Shown: positions 63,026 to 64,000 of the stretch, piece after piece | Position numbering within the stretch: position 1 is the stretch's first letter | How the letters are laid out: the number at the start of each line of letters is the position of its first letter | Source of the DNA: Camelus ferus | Lineage: Eukaryota | Reading direction: 5' to 3' | DNA: 64,000 nt | NCBI RefSeq assembly: GCF_009834535.1 | Contig: NC_045698.1 | Location: forward strand, 15,440,001-15,504,000 | Notes under the pieces: generated by a model | Database searches by the model: none | Seen by the model: only the letters and a program-made list of their open reading frames with translations | What the model was told of the DNA's origin: nothing | Translations under genes and position numbers: made by a program

Positions 63026-64000
63026 AATTTAACATTTGTAGATTCTTTAAAATGTTGAGCTAAAATAGTATTATAATGCTTTCTCAGGTAGAGCTCTGAT
63101 TATTTAGAAAAAATCAACATATTATCACCACATGATGCACAAAATAGCACTTTTTACTTATCCAACTCAGACTGGATTTTGAATCATTTAGAGAAAAATT
63201 CAAATACTTTAAAGGAATTTTAAATGTAAATCAAGTCATGAGATCAATCATATATAGTAATGTTTGTTTTCCTAAATGGAATAATTCTATTAGCAATGCT
63301 ATGGAAATACTTAATCACCTCAATTTCATGTATCAAATAAAATATTACAATGCCTATGATTTAACATTTTATAGATTATAAATGCTTTCCTAATATATAA
63401 CAAACATTAAGTGTAAAGTATATATAATATAATAATATGCCAATTAGACATTTTAATATTTTATAAACATTCAGTATAATAAGGATAAATTTTATTTAAT
63501 GTTTTATAAATCTACCTACATTTCTGGGTTTTTAAAATACCATTTAATAATTATTTGAAGCATATACATGAATGATTGCAAATTTTAATTCACAATAATT
63601 AATCTCTTAGTTAAGCCAAATAATTGCCATATTAGCCAACTTTAAAGAGAACTATTATTTTAGGGCTTATGCCATAGAATTCATCAATTTATATCGCTTA
63701 TAAATAAACTTGCTGTGTTGATACCTCGGATAGAGATGCTAAGACTGCTTGTCAAACAGCAATACCAATAATAACATTTTAATATCTCATTCTAAATTAA
63801 TAATAAATGATGATATTTATTTCTTCATAAATATTTAGACACCAGAAGTTTTGATGAGACTCTTCCTTTAGAAATTATTTTAAACTCTATTCCACACTCA
63901 AATGTGGAAAATTTCAGATAATATTAGTTTTTCACGCATTTTATTTAATAATAGCAAAAGGAATCATGAAAGGAAGCTATATGGCTGGAACAAATGGAGG

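Noticed and set aside
1..64000. CRISPR arrays, operons or other prokaryotic/viral systems
   Set aside because: No regularly spaced repeat-spacer array or gene-dense region; the sequence is mammalian intron/exon DNA.

Overview
AT-rich mammalian genomic DNA. It is almost certainly camelid, judging from tRNA-Ala-derived Vic-1-like SINEs plus artiodactyl-type L1 3' ends, with no Bov-A, PRE1, Alu or B1 seen. The window is the middle of a type II classical cadherin gene, CDH12, on the minus strand. Four internal coding exons (168, 188, 254 and 137 bp at 55096-55263, 34930-35117, 23731-23984 and 6568-6704) have canonical AG/GT ends and splice in frame, encoding late EC2, EC3 and most of EC4. The rest is intron: a decayed RPLP2 processed pseudogene, five ERV solo LTRs with short target-site duplications (TSDs), several L1 fragments (two with twin-priming inversions), old L2/MIR/L3/MaLR/hAT fossils, SINEs and microsatellites. 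Apart from the four ORFs overlapping the exons, I recognised no functional coding sequence in the supplied ORF track. I found no convincing new biological system. The best second-look items are unexplained inverted-repeat structures, a weak exon acceptor with a strong branch point, a candidate poison exon, and a sense-oriented LTR with a degraded poly(A) signal. Repeat family names come from recalled consensus sequences, not a search, and most repeat boundaries are approximate.
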